A stretch of DNA of 64,000 nt from Tubiluchus corallicola (lineage: Eukaryota > Animalia > Priapulida). A model generated the notes under the pieces. The model did no database searches and had not been told where the DNA came from. It worked only from the letters and a program-made list of their open reading frames with translations. This document shows, in pieces, positions 41,061 to 53,639 of the stretch (positions are counted from its first letter, which is position 1; every line of letters begins with the position of its first letter). Position numbers and translations under genes: made by a program. The stretch covers positions 70,864-134,863 of the forward strand of contig JAQGDQ010000589.1 of assembly GCA_030141605.1 (NCBI GenBank), given 5' to 3'.

Positions 41061-42240
41061 TAATAATAATAATAAATAATAATAATAATAAATTTATTTG
41101 GAAATGCAAATATAATATCTAGAAACACTGAGAAAAATAGATATTAATAATAATGATTTAATTTTGATATGATAGCATGCATATAATAAATGGCAAGAAC
41201 AAGAAGTAAAACTTATTAGATGCTTGCACCATTGTAAACACGTCCACATAATACTAAAGAACAAAAAACCCGAGGGTTTTAGGCAACTTAAAAAAAAGTT
41301 GTGCAAACCAAGGATAGAAGTAATGGATAAAAGAAATGTTCAAAAGGATAGGAAGATTGGCTTGTGAAGATTCAGCTCATGAGATGACGAACCACTCTAG
41401 ATTCTACGCAAAAAGAACACAAGGTTATGACTGTTGTGTCACACAGGAACAATAGGTAGTTACAGAGACTAATTTTTATAAGAAGCAAACAGATATCGTT
41501 TAACCGACGTTTCAAAGATGTAAATGTTACACTGGCACTTTACATTGGGTGGTAGTGAGTTCCAAAGTTTAGGTCCGCTATGGCTAATGAAATGTTTTGG
41601 TTCTGCAGTAACTGAGTTTTTAATCATTATAGCGAGCATTGTGTGATTTGACATTCTTAATTACAGTATTCTTGAGGTAAGCAGGGAACAGATCATTGTT
41701 AGACTTATAAACAAACATGGCTGTGTTATAGGAAATCAGATCATCAATTATTAGTATTCTACACTCATTATAACATGATTTAGTAACTGGACTGAATTTG
41801 GAGAGTCTGTACAGGGTGTGTATGAATTTACGTTGCAAGCTGTGAAGTGGATTTAAGTTTGTCTTGTAAGTACTACCCAGAAGTATATTTATATAGGAAA
41901 GATATTGTAAGACTAATGTGTTATATAAAGTTATTAAGTAAAATTCAGTTAGGGAGTTTTGAATGCATGTTATTATTCATATATTTTAGCTATTTTAAGT
42001 CTGATCATATTTATATGAAAATTCCAATCCAGATTTTCGTGGAGGATAATGCCCAAAAACTTGATTTGACTAACTATTTCTATAGATGTATCATCAATAG
42101 AAATTTTATAATATTCTGGAAGGAAAGTTTTATTTCTGGCACGAAATATAATACAAGCGTTTCCCCGAGTTACGTACTAAAATGATATTAATTGTAAACA
42201 AATTAGACAATATCTTAGTATTATCTGAAATTCCCACTCA
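40975..42240 (-). mobile_element. LINE 3' portion (CR1/L2/Crack-like) with (TTA)n tail
   Basis: YNTAMFVYKSNNDLFPAYL and SGPKLWNSLPPNVK, then a 3' UTR, AATAAA and the (AAT)n tract at 40975-41091 on plus. Confidence 0.85.
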
Positions 42241-42319
42241 GCGATATTTGCAGTCCTGAAGTCAAAAATGAACAACATTAAAATGGCAAACCAGATTCTC
42301 TCTCTCTTGCAGCGCGAGT

Positions 42320-42436
42320 CATCCTTAAATGGCATTGTCCCAAGCATATGCTCAAAGATACTAGTGTCTCTGTCTCTCTCTGTTGCCCTCCCACTCCCCC
42401 TCCCCCTCCCTCTATTTCTCTCTCTCTCTCTCTCTT

Positions 42437-42501
<65 letters not shown>

Positions 42502-43575
42502 AGCTGATTACATGTAATTAAATGTAGTTGTTCAATGGACCTCATGTTTTCGTACTGCATTTACTTTGATCCAATTTGCAGGTAATAATTCATCTGTTTA
42601 AAATTCTCAGAAAGGGTAACTTATCCCAGCTTGATTACTTGATGGAACAATGGTCACTGTTGTACTAAGAAAGGCATTATGTTAATCTTGTAACTTAATA
42701 TCTGTATCTTGTAAGTTGCTTAACAACGCAAGATTAAAGAAACAACTCGCCTTATAACGTCAATTTAGCGCTTTCTTGATTCGTATTAGTGCAATAGAAG
42801 TTGTTTATAGTTTTGAAACAGAAATTGAGGGAATTAACATGAGCCTCATGATAACACCAGTAACAATTAGTAAAGAGCGACTTTTAAAACTTTTTGGGGG
42901 ATGAACAAAATTAAGATCTCGTGTTAATTGCTACACAGCAGCAGGGAATGTCAGATGAACAAAACAAATTTTTATTTCATTATCTTACTGACGGAGTTTT
43001 AGTTAATACTTACTTATTTCTACTTGCATTTATTTTTAGGAATTTTGCTTTTCTAAGCCGGGAAGCTTTCTATCATCATCCTTAGATGTTTACAAATATT
43101 CCCATATTGGCTGCTACAGGAATAATTTTTGGATGAATGACTGGCGCCTGGCTATTAGGATTTATGCCATTCATCCTGTAAAATATCATACAGAGAATTT
43201 CTGCTGGACTGACCAAGCGCCTGTTTTCTAGGATTAAAGCAAATTATCTTGGAGTTAATCGGTTTAGACCTGGATTAAGCTTTTGTTGTTGAGACGAGCT
43301 AGTCGTGTTTGTAAATTGAGCTGTCATTTAGAAAATGAGCGTCTGCATTCAAGCCACAAGCTTTAACCTGTAAACAAAAAAGCTTCGAAATCTTAAGCTC
43401 CTCTGAAGTTCAGAACCTGCGGCATCAAGTCAAAGTCCCTCAATCTCCAGCTTTGGAAGCTGGGATAATGAGATGCTTTATCATGACATTGGTGTATCAT
43501 TGCTATATTATAATAAGTCTTGTATGACTGTAGAAAAATCTGCATTGCATTTGAAATAAAACCAAATACGAAACT
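42320..43575 (-). pseudogene. Multi-exon gene relic, copy 2
   Basis: Reverse complement aligns with 26447-27810; includes the (TC)n(CA)n tract at ~42366-42500. Confidence 0.55.
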
Positions 43576-44959
43576 CCCCATTTATATGACATTAGCAGAT
43601 TTTGATCAAAAGAGACGCACATTCCACTCATGAGCCCTCCACAGTACTCTACAATCACTATTAGAGAAAGGTGGAAGAGTGTTTTAAATTAAACAGGGAA
43701 AATTAGCCGTTAAGGGATAACGAGCGATCTGAGGGATATAAATTGTGCTTAAATTGTGCCGTGAACTAGAAAATAAAATGAAATAATGACGGACATGTGA
43801 TAAACATTGAAGTTTGTTTGTTAAAAGTCGGGAACTTTTCTTAAGTCTCACAATAATTATTAGCTCTGGGTTTTCAGTTAGTAAATGCGCGTTTGTAAAA
43901 TTCTTTTTATCAGGTTATTTTTGAGCAACTGAACGAATTCTTATTTTCAAAATTTACGTTTAGCTCTTAGAAGCGTCACCTTAGTTATCCGATTACTTTC
44001 TTTGTTGAGGCGTTCTGCATGGTCTAGTGAAAAGGGTAATTTGTGATATATAGAATAGACGCCGACTTTCTCTTACAAAGATAATCCGCTTAAATTGCTA
44101 GGATTAGTTTCGTTTTGATGTTCAGGGCGTTTTAAAACCAGTTTAGGATAATTTCTGGGTGGCTGGGCGCCTACTTTTAGAATTAACGTCAATCATTCTA
44201 GAGTTAAGCAGCTTTGTGCGTTGATAGCATCTTTGTTGATGCATAGGCAAGGGGATTAACATTTTTGTTGATGTACAGAGAAGCTTTGTCTGAAATTGAT
44301 CTGTCATTAAGTAAATTATACCTGAGCTGAACAGTGAGATGTTATCTGAGAATAAAGCTTCAGAATCTAAAGGCTTTTTTTCTAAATGTAAATTGTTCAT
44401 GTGAGAGAAATGCTGGTATCTGATGTTTAAGACATTCGCCATGGTATTTATAAAACAACAATACGCCTAGTAAAATAAACGGATTATACTAAAATTTACC
44501 ACTTGTTGATCAGTAAAATGTGACAATTTCAATGAACGTAAAGAACATCAAAACATAGTTAAAGAGAATAAATTTTGTCTTAATTTTGATTTTTGATTTG
44601 CCTCTTACAAGCATGTACATAAGGGCAGAAATTTGGAAACTCTGACAATGCAGACAGGACTGAAATAAGCTACGAAACAAATGCAAACAAATTTGCTGTA
44701 ATTAATAATGTCATTAATTAGATAATGACAGTGAAAACCTAACACCGATTACCGGGCAAATAAGGATTATATGAAGCTTATATATTTATTTATATAAAGC
44801 TATAAAGCTGTGATATTGTTAAAGCTAGGTGGGGTTTTTTGCATAGGTAACAATAGAGATTTGAAGCAAAACTGGACCCAATCTTAAACTGTAGGTCAAA
44901 ACAATGTAATCCTTAAAATATTGAAAGGAAACATACTATTTTTTCAAGAATGACTTACG

Positions 44960-45342
44960 TGAAAGAATTATAACAACACAAACAAAATTTCACGTTTGCG
45001 CCACTAGTTCTTCGTTGTTACTTGCATTTTGCAATTCTCTAGTTAGACGGGTACTAGCGCCTGCATTTCGGAAACGCATTTTACAAAAAACAGGTGCTGT
45101 GCCTCGCAATTTTTACATGTGTTGGTTTGTGATGAACTGCATGTACAAATGACACAAGTAAAAATGGCACCAGAATAAAATAGCAGAAACAGAACAGTTA
45201 TAAAATATGAGTTCAGGGTTAGGGTTCCTGTGTAAATAATTATTGATTTCGATTTTTTAATTGTTATGGTTTTTACCTCTTCCAAAGAAGTTGCTTCAAC
45301 ACTGTTTGCTTGTTTGGTTGTTTTTTGTCTGTTATACAACAT
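44960..45342 (-). pseudogene. Decayed type II membrane protein exon, with a paralogous partial copy at ~45560-45680
   Basis: TM-like YFITVLFLLFYSGAIFTCVIC; donor GTAAGT at 44959; FRNAGASTRLTRELQNASNNEELVAQT aligns with LRNVSAHAQLTSK..RNSEELAARK in the second copy. Confidence 0.4.
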
Positions 45343-46749
45343 TAAGCTTATTGCGCAAAAACAACTTAACAGATTTTCTTGAAACTTTGTGGAGAAGATG
45401 GCAGATTACGAGAAAGATGCATTTTGATGCAGATTCGTAGATCTGTCAGTTTGTTACCAACGTCAAATGGTTAAACTAAAGCAGGTCCCAATCATAAACT
45501 ATAGCTGAAAACAATCTGTCGTACAAGATATTGAAAGGGAAGATTTTCCAAGAGTGGCTTATGTATTATTGTCACAGAAACGTAATTTTGCTTTCGCGCT
45601 GCTAGTTCTTCACTATTACGCCCCATTTCGTCATTTGCTAGTTAGTTGGGCATGAGCACTTACATTTCGTAAAAAAATCTATGTAAATGCAATATTAACA
45701 GTTGTATGCACGGTTTATTAGTTATACAGGTCTGATAAAACTGATGGTTTGGACAATAACAAATTAAATGATTCACAAATTGAGTTTACATCAACCACCG
45801 GAATTTCACAACTACAACTACACAAACTTCAATAAGTTTACAAATAATTTAGTGACAACTGTTTCTTTAATTAACAATATACAGCCTTCAACAGTTAAGT
45901 ACAAGATTATTATAACCAAATATATAATAAATAAAATCACTTAACTCTGGGACTGGCCAGTTTACGAGTCCCTATAATTGGCACAGTCCTGTTCCTAATA
46001 CGAGCCGTTCTGAGCTTCAGAGGTTGGTTCAATCAAACGATGCAGATGAAGTCTATGCTGAGCAAAAGAAACGATAGATCCTACCTTCCGAGTTCCTGGC
46101 TGAGAGTCCACCCCGTGACACCTTCCTGACATCGACCAAAAAGCCCTGATTTCTCATCGTGCCCCCTTATGAACCCCTCTCGGTCATGTGACAAGATAAA
46201 TCCCGTGCCTGGTTAACAGACCATTCTGACTTCTGAGCGCTTCGTCACCCTGATCATCTAGACATCTCAAAATTAAGTGCCTCGATACCTTTTACTGCTT
46301 GTAAGACAGAGTCCTAGAATGTCACTGTTCCAAAATTCATGGACCTGCTTTCAGCCTTCATTAACGTTTACTAAATTAGCCCGGAGTTTTTCTCTTTGTC
46401 CACATGGTCAAGTTCTGACAACAGTCCTCTCAATTAGGAACAAGGGTGTGCCACCTGTTAATTAGTTAGGCTGATCGAGTACCATCCTCATCAGTGCCCG
46501 TGGACCCTGCTAACGAGCTTCGAATTACATTACAAGTTCTCACCTGTCTCGGAAACGCGGATCAATGTAGGCCAACCTTCCCTTAAGTTTTATAGCGTTC
46601 ATCATGTAGTTACAGTTCAACTTGCCTATTACTTTATTTTTCTATTAACAACCAGTTGTCAGAAACGTTTTCATAAGTATATTAAATGCGAGGGAGAAAC
46701 TGAGTGAGTTCTGCTCTATGCACTGTATAGTCTTCTTTCTGACGATATC

Positions 46750-47640
46750 TATTCATTAATTGGATTCGATTAATCTCTCTAATGAATCCTTTAATGTTAT
46801 AAAATAAATTCATAACATAATTGCTGTATAATTCAAGGTAGAATGCCCTTTTTATAATTGAACATGAATGTCGCTAACTCAAGCTTATAAATTTCATTAA
46901 TTTTTAATAATTGCAAAGCATAATAAGAAGGGGTAGCGTGATCTCGGAACCCAGCAAAAGTCATTGTTTTAATAATATTGTTATGTGCTGCTGTAAGTGG
47001 TTTCAGAACAGAATTTTTTTGCTGTGCCCCACGACAAGATGCAACAGTTAATATTTGGGTACACAATGCCAAAGTAAATCATTTTTAGGATATCGGTGCT
47101 CAAGTAGTGCCTAGTTTGTAAAATATACCTGTAACTTTGCTTACTTTGTAGGTAATATTTTTAACCAATTAAGCGTATCATCTATGTAAACTCACAGATA
47201 TTTTATGTCTGATACTTGTTCTAATAAACAGTCTTGCATGGATGCTGTTACACTGTTTTCATTGTTTTCAAATTTATTTCTTATGGTCATAAAATTTGGT
47301 TTATTATGCTTTACTGTTAACTTATTTGTATGCATCCATGTGTTAATTTTGATCAGTTCTTCATTACTTCAATGCTCAAGATTATGTGTGTCGTAGTCTG
47401 CTAAGAAGAGGTTAGAGTCATCAGCAAAAAGCTGTGTTGACCTGTTAGTACAAAGAGGGAGGTCATTTATATATATCAAGAAAGTAAGTGGTCCCAAGGC
47501 GTATCTTTAAGTACATTTTATTGGACATGGGTCGGAAGCAAAATTGTCAACTACGGTAAATTGGTGTCTGTTCGTAAGATATGACTGTAATAGTTTTTGA
47601 GTGATTCCACAGATGCCATAAGATAAATTAAACTCATCAG
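46750..47640 (-). mobile_element. LINE reverse transcriptase fragment (CR1/L2/Crack-like)
   Basis: LGPLTFLIYINDLP, LFADDSNL, NEIYKLELATFMFNYKKGILP. Confidence 0.9.
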
Positions 47641-47664
47641 ATAAATGGTGAAAAGGTCAAGCTT

Positions 47665-50600
47665 ACACATAATGAATTAAACTATTTCGCTCAAAACCTG
47701 CTTGATGCTGGGGTTCCATTTGATGATCTGTCAACTGTCATATATGACTTTTATACAGAAGAGCAATTTGAGGAGTCGAAAGCATTTCTTGTATGTCTTA
47801 TTCCGTCTAGTATTACTGACAGACCCGAGTTCATTAAGAACAGAATTGGGCCTGCAAAACGGAAGGCCATGGCTGCAGATATCAAACTGGTCCAATTTTT
47901 AAAAGGATGCCATAACTCAGATTTGCTGCAGTTTTTTTCACAACAAGTGCCACCCAAGTCTCTTAAATCAGTTGACATTACTGTCCTGATGAAGCAGCTT
48001 CAGATTATGCGACAAGATATTACCTGTCCTAAAGCTAACACGGTCTCAAAAAGCGACCTAGATGAGGCGTTACAAACACATTTAGGTTCTGCTACATCAC
48101 GTTAAATGAGCTTTGCTGAAGCTCTCAAAAACAAACCTCATTACAAACCGTATGAGACTCAGTCAACAAAAGCTAGCGTTGATGTCCCAGAAAGTTAAAA
48201 TAAAGTTACAAATGAGACAAAAGATAACGAGGGTTTGGTCACTGTGAACAGAGATCGTCGCCAAAACGCTAAGCGCATTGTCACAGTTGTTGCAACAGGC
48301 CAAGACTTATACATCAGGGCTAGCAAACCTAGGAGAAGAATTTTTGTTATGCGCCTGCATCGAAACACCCAAGCGAGTGAAGTTGAACAATTTCTTGCTG
48401 ACAATTTTTCAATAACTGTTGAGGCTGAGCAATTAAAAACAAAGTACGATAAATATACATTTGACGTAAATTGCTTTGGAGATCTAATTATGAACTCTGA
48501 CATCTGGCCTTCCGGAACCTTTCTAAAGCCGTTCTACACATCTAATAAGGTATATCGTAATAACAAAGCAAAATCTACGACATCATTGCAAGTTTCATTT
48601 AGGGTTGCCCCTAACTGGAATAGAACTACATGTAACTTAAATTCTGAACTCCAGGAGCAACCAGGCGCGTCATTGACAGTTGATACAGATAATGGCGATG
48701 ATGATACAGGAGAATAAAATTCGTTTAGTGAGCTACCACTGTAATTCACTAAAACATCCTGAATCTAGACAGGTTATAAACAGCATTTGTGAATCCAGTG
48801 ATATAGTCCTGTTGCAAGAAACCTTGCTACCAAAGCAAGATCCGGCTACTCTGCATCCAGACTTCCATGGAACAGGTGTCAGTAACATATTATAGTGCCG
48901 GTACATACACATGCAGGCCTCGGGAGGTCTGGCTATGTTGTGGAGAAAATCTATTATTGCAGGTATAAAACACTTATCTTTGACAACGAAAACAGAATAA
49001 TTGGACTGTGATTTTAGTTTGATTTTACCTTGTAAATTAATAAGCTTGACTCCACTTAACGTGTATTTTCCGTATGAGTCGGACGACAACACTGAGTAAT
49101 TCCGGTTTTGTTTGAGGAAAATGTTTCCATTGATAGAAACGTGAGAAACCAGTTGTGTTTGCTGTGCAGGACACTTAAACTCGCACACCACGAGAAACGT
49201 TTTTAAAGAGTTAAATGATTCGTGTAGTGAAAGTGGCTGTATTCTATCAGATGTCAAACGTTTACCCGACTCATCGTTTACATTTCTCAGCCACGCACAC
49301 AATACATGCTCATGGTTGGATCACATTGTATGTGCAATTGCCTTAGACACATTAGTAATGAACATTAATGTTAATTGTGATGTGACTAGCCGAGATCATA
49401 TGGCAATCAATGTATCATTCAATTTAGAAAACATTTTGGATAAACTTTTGAATGAGTTTGGAGAGCTTACTAGCAATACTGCAGAGGGAGTTCTAGAAAG
49501 CATTGAACGAAGATGCCTAACTCCAACCAATACGCAACACAGTCATACTGCAAATTGGGACAACGGCACAGAGAGACATATCACTGGATACCGCAATATA
49601 ACTTATTCAACATCATCAGAGGTACACCCTCCTTATCACGCATTGTTGTGTGCACGTAATGACTGCACGTCAGTTGGGCACAGGAACCAATTGAACGCAT
49701 ATATTCCAACCACTGCAGACGCACATCGCAGGGCTTCAAACACTAGCTATTCCTAAACGCACCAGTAATCAGAATAACGAACATCGTGGTTATAAAAGCT
49801 TTCCCGGATGGAATGATCATGTCCGGGAAATACATCAACTTGCAAGACAATGTTTTTTTGTGGCGCTTCCATGGTAAACCTCGACATTGTTTTCTGGCTG
49901 AAAACTTGAAGCGTACGCGTGCACAATTTAAATATGCTGTCAGAGACTGCAGGAGACATGAGGCTGCATTTGACTTAATGAACTACCGCAAGCTATTCCT
50001 TAAATTACTACAAACTACAGTTCCGAAAATTATTGTACGTGTGTTGTACTTTCATTATTCAGACGCTTATTGTTAGATGGGGCCTATTTAATCCCCAAGT
50101 CTTTAGGAACAGTGTAAAAGGTGGAATACTGTCTCCTGTTCTTTTCAACCTTTATTTCACGTATCTTAGTGTTAATTTATATGTTAAAAACACATAAAGG
50201 CTGTTGCATTGGTGAAAAACATGTTAACCATTTAATGTATGCCGGCGATGTGTGTCTCCTGGCAACAAGAATAAGTGCTTTACAACAGCTACTGATATAT
50301 ATATATGAAGTATTCTGTCGAAAATGACATACAAGTGATTGAGAGTAATCTCTGTTAAATTAATCTCTGTTAAATCAAGTAGCATATCACAAGTATCGTT
50401 TAGCTCATTATATGTAAAAATTGTGGTATAAGCTCATGTTGTCAAGAAAAATACTTAGGGCATATCATAGCTTCTGACAACAAAGACTTATACATCATAA
50501 GGCAAGTTCTCTGTTTTATTGTAGAGCAAACAAACTGCTAAATACATTTAAAAAATGTAGTGATGATGTAAAAAGATATTTCATAAACAGCTACTGTAGT

Positions 50601-51057
50601 AACTATTGCTGTGTGGCTACATGGAAAAACTACAATCTTTACAATTATAAAAACCTAAATGTAACATACAATGTATTACTGCGTAAATTTTTCGGAAAAC
50701 CGTTCGGCTTTCGTACAAGACAATTATATGTGTATCCTATGAAAACCTTGATTTTATTAGAAGAAAATGTGTGTTTAGCCTGCATGTAAGGATAACAAAC
50801 AGTAGTAACGCCATTGTGAATCAACTGCGTAATAGTGATATTACGTACACGTCAAATATGAGTGCTAATTAGCGGTCAATCTTATACACATGATTATTAT
50901 TTTTATTTTATTTATATGGGGTAGGGAATTAGGTTACAGATGGTTTAGTATTTTTGTGTTTGTTCATAAATAGTATCTATAATTTGTGTGTGAATGTATG
51001 TGTTATATACTATACACCTTGAGCGTGAAATAAGAAGTTAAATTCAAATTCAAATTT
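47665..51057 (+). mobile_element. Near full-length decayed LINE (ORF1, APE endonuclease, internally deleted RT)
   Basis: ORF1 VDITVLMKQL..IFVMRLH..WPSG; endonuclease DIVLLQET, GGLAMLWRK, NVYFPY, WLDHIV; RT AFDLMN, GILSP, HLMYAGD; tail (TTCAAA)n. Confidence 0.88.
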
Positions 51058-52571
51058 GCAACAAGTATCATCAGCAGGTAAAAGTCACACCTGTAGTTAC
51101 CAATGTTAATAATTTACCTGTTCAAAACAAATTTTGTAATACCAAAAGTGTTTGTTTAATATCTCACAAGTTTACAACAATCTAAACAGTGTACAAAATT
51201 AAAAATAACTATGCAGTCGGGGACATTAATGTCAGAAAATGTTAGATTTGCATCACCTGTAATTACACTGGTTTGTTAGTTTACCTGGAAATGACAACCT
51301 GGAGCACGTGTACAACAAATGGGCATAGTTATTTTCCCTTTTTTCATTTTCATTAGCACTATAGACCAATGTTTTTAATTGTATCACCTGTAATAAATTA
51401 TCTGTATCAAACACAAACACTCCAAAGATGCGCTGTCGATATATTTGTTCATAAGTTATGGAAATTTTTTAAAAAGACGTCAAAACAAACATAAAATTGT
51501 AACATAAAAAATTTTAAACTCTCGTGTGAAAAAACTAATTACTATAACTTACTTTTAAATAAATTACCACAGGTAGCACAGGTAAATAACAAAGGTACTC
51601 AAAATTCATCGAAAATAAGTACACTGGCTATGCTTGCGTACAAACTGCCAGAAAGAGAATTATACTTAAAAGTACTCTCCCAAACCCCATACCAACCAAC
51701 AACTTCCTCAGTTGTATGTAAATTTACTGAAAATTGTAACACAAACTTTGAAAGCCATTTTCTCCCAATCTTTGCTCAGAAACATGTAGAGAGCTGAAAC
51801 TGATACTAAAATGACTGTCATAAACAGGAGAATAAGAACATACCTATACCTAAAAATTAATACCTAACGCACTATGGACGGATTTGCTACGCACCAACAT
51901 ATAAAGGTAAATTAAGAATTACGGTAAAGGTAAAGTAATACTTAATTAGGTTTAAGTTTTTACTTGAATAAGGCTGTAAGACAATAATTATAGACTGTAC
52001 AAACAAAATTAAGTGCCATGCACGTCAGCCAAGTAATAGCAAGCCTAAATAAGCAAATTCAGAATGCTAAAGTAGAGGCTAGACTAAATACTTTTCTTAC
52101 ATATAGTGTAAATCATGAGCCAGTGCAGCTAGCTTAAAAATAAACGTAATTCTTTTGCAATATCGATCAAATATTTCAGTACTGAACACTGAAATGAAAT
52201 ATTAGCGAGAGAGAATTTAATACTTAATACTTAAAGAACTCATAACGCTCTCTAGTTTGTAACAAATTAACATGTCCAAGTAGGTTTCCCCTTTTTTATG
52301 CACACGTTTTTATGGCTAGAACTATCATACTACGCCTATAAATCGTGCGAAACATTAAGCAGTATCTGAATAGAACCGGTACAACTAAAACGTACCTCTT
52401 GTACAAGCTTCGTTTTCTTCGTTCGTCACGTGAGTCGCCACGCCGTTGTTAACGATGCTGCTATGCAATGCGCAGATATTATGCGCCAACAGAAAGACAC
52501 AGAGTCATATTAATGTTCGAGTGTGATGCCTGATGTAGTTTTAGTGAATTTTAATTTACAATTATATTGTG

Positions 52572-53639
52572 ATGTTGTTAAACAGTTTAAATTATCATAT
52601 CCCGAGACATGCACAAATGGTGTTATTTCTTTGTATTGTGGTCATTTACAACTTGACGTTCTCCTCGCTTTATTCTAACGAAATCAGCAAATTAGAAGAA
52701 AAGACGTCACACAAAGATATGTTGGTTGAATTTGCTAAAAATAATACAGAAAAAATAATAGATCGCAAGACGAAGGGCTTAACAACCGATGAGAACAATC
52801 ACAACGGTCAAAAATTCGTCGAAGATAATGTAACACGGCAAGAAAGCTGCCCTACTGGTACGGAAAGAAGATTACCTGGCTGTGTCATTATCGGATTTCA
52901 GAAATGTGGTACTGCTGCGCTCCTTAAAATGCTCAAACTGCATCCTAGGATAGCTGTGAGAGACTGGTGGCCAATGGAAATGAACTACTTTAATTTGAAG
53001 CACCTAAGACCATTAGACTGGTACAGAGGTGTTATGCCATGTTCCACACCTGATCAAATCACTATGGAGAAGAGTCCCAGGTATGTAGTGAACTGGAAGA
53101 CACCCAGACGAATGAAAGATAAGCTACCAGATGTAAAACTCATCGTCATTGTCCGAGATCCGGTCGCACGAACAGTCTCCCATTACCTGGAGCACACGGG
53201 TGGCAGAATTACATTTGAAGATTACATAACAGATGTTGCGAGTGGACACATCAACAAAAACACGACGGCAATTCAACACAGTCTATACCACAAACACATT
53301 TCAGAATGGTTGAAAGTGTTCCCCCGCTCACAGTTACTAGTAGTTTCTGGTGAACAGTTTGTAAAACATCCTATGTTTGTACTGATGGAAGTGGAGGTGT
53401 TTTTGCAGTTACCTCATCTTATTCCCAGCAGTGCTTTTGTTTTTAACAAAAGAAAGGGATTCTATTGCTATCACGAGAAGACACCAACTGAATATAAAAA
53501 AGAAGTGACGTGTTTAACAGCTGACAAAGGGAGAACTCATCCCAAAATATCTTCAAAATTGTTGATGGAATTAAGGACGTTTTTTGAATCCTCAAACAAA
53601 ATGCTGTATAAATTAGTTGGTCGAAATTTCTATTGGTGA
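52572..53639 (+). CDS. Heparan sulfate glucosamine 3-O-sulfotransferase-like protein (Sulfotransfer_1), single coding exon
   Basis: TM MVLFLCIVVIYNL; RRLPGCVIIGFQKCGTAAL, EMNYF, WYRGVMP, ITMEKSPRY, KLIVIVRDPVARTVSHY, FNKRKGFYC, CL..KGRTHP, C-terminal GRNFYW. Confidence 0.95.
   Translation: MLLNSLNYHIPRHAQMVLFLCIVVIYNLTFSSLYSNEISKLEEKTSHKDMLVEFAKNNTEKIIDRKTKGLTTDENNHNGQKFVEDNVTRQESCPTGTERRLPGCVIIGFQKCGTAALLKMLKLHPRIAVRDWWPMEMNYFNLKHLRPLDWYRGVMPCSTPDQITMEKSPRYVVNWKTPRRMKDKLPDVKLIVIVRDPVARTVSHYLEHTGGRITFEDYITDVASGHINKNTTAIQHSLYHKHISEWLKVFPRSQLLVVSGEQFVKHPMFVLMEVEVFLQLPHLIPSSAFVFNKRKGFYCYHEKTPTEYKKEVTCLTADKGRTHPKISSKLLMELRTFFESSNKMLYKLVGRNFYW

Noticed and set aside
45790-46600. Possible solo LTR on the minus strand
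   Set aside because: Composition is LTR-like, but TG..CA termini and a TSD could not be fixed
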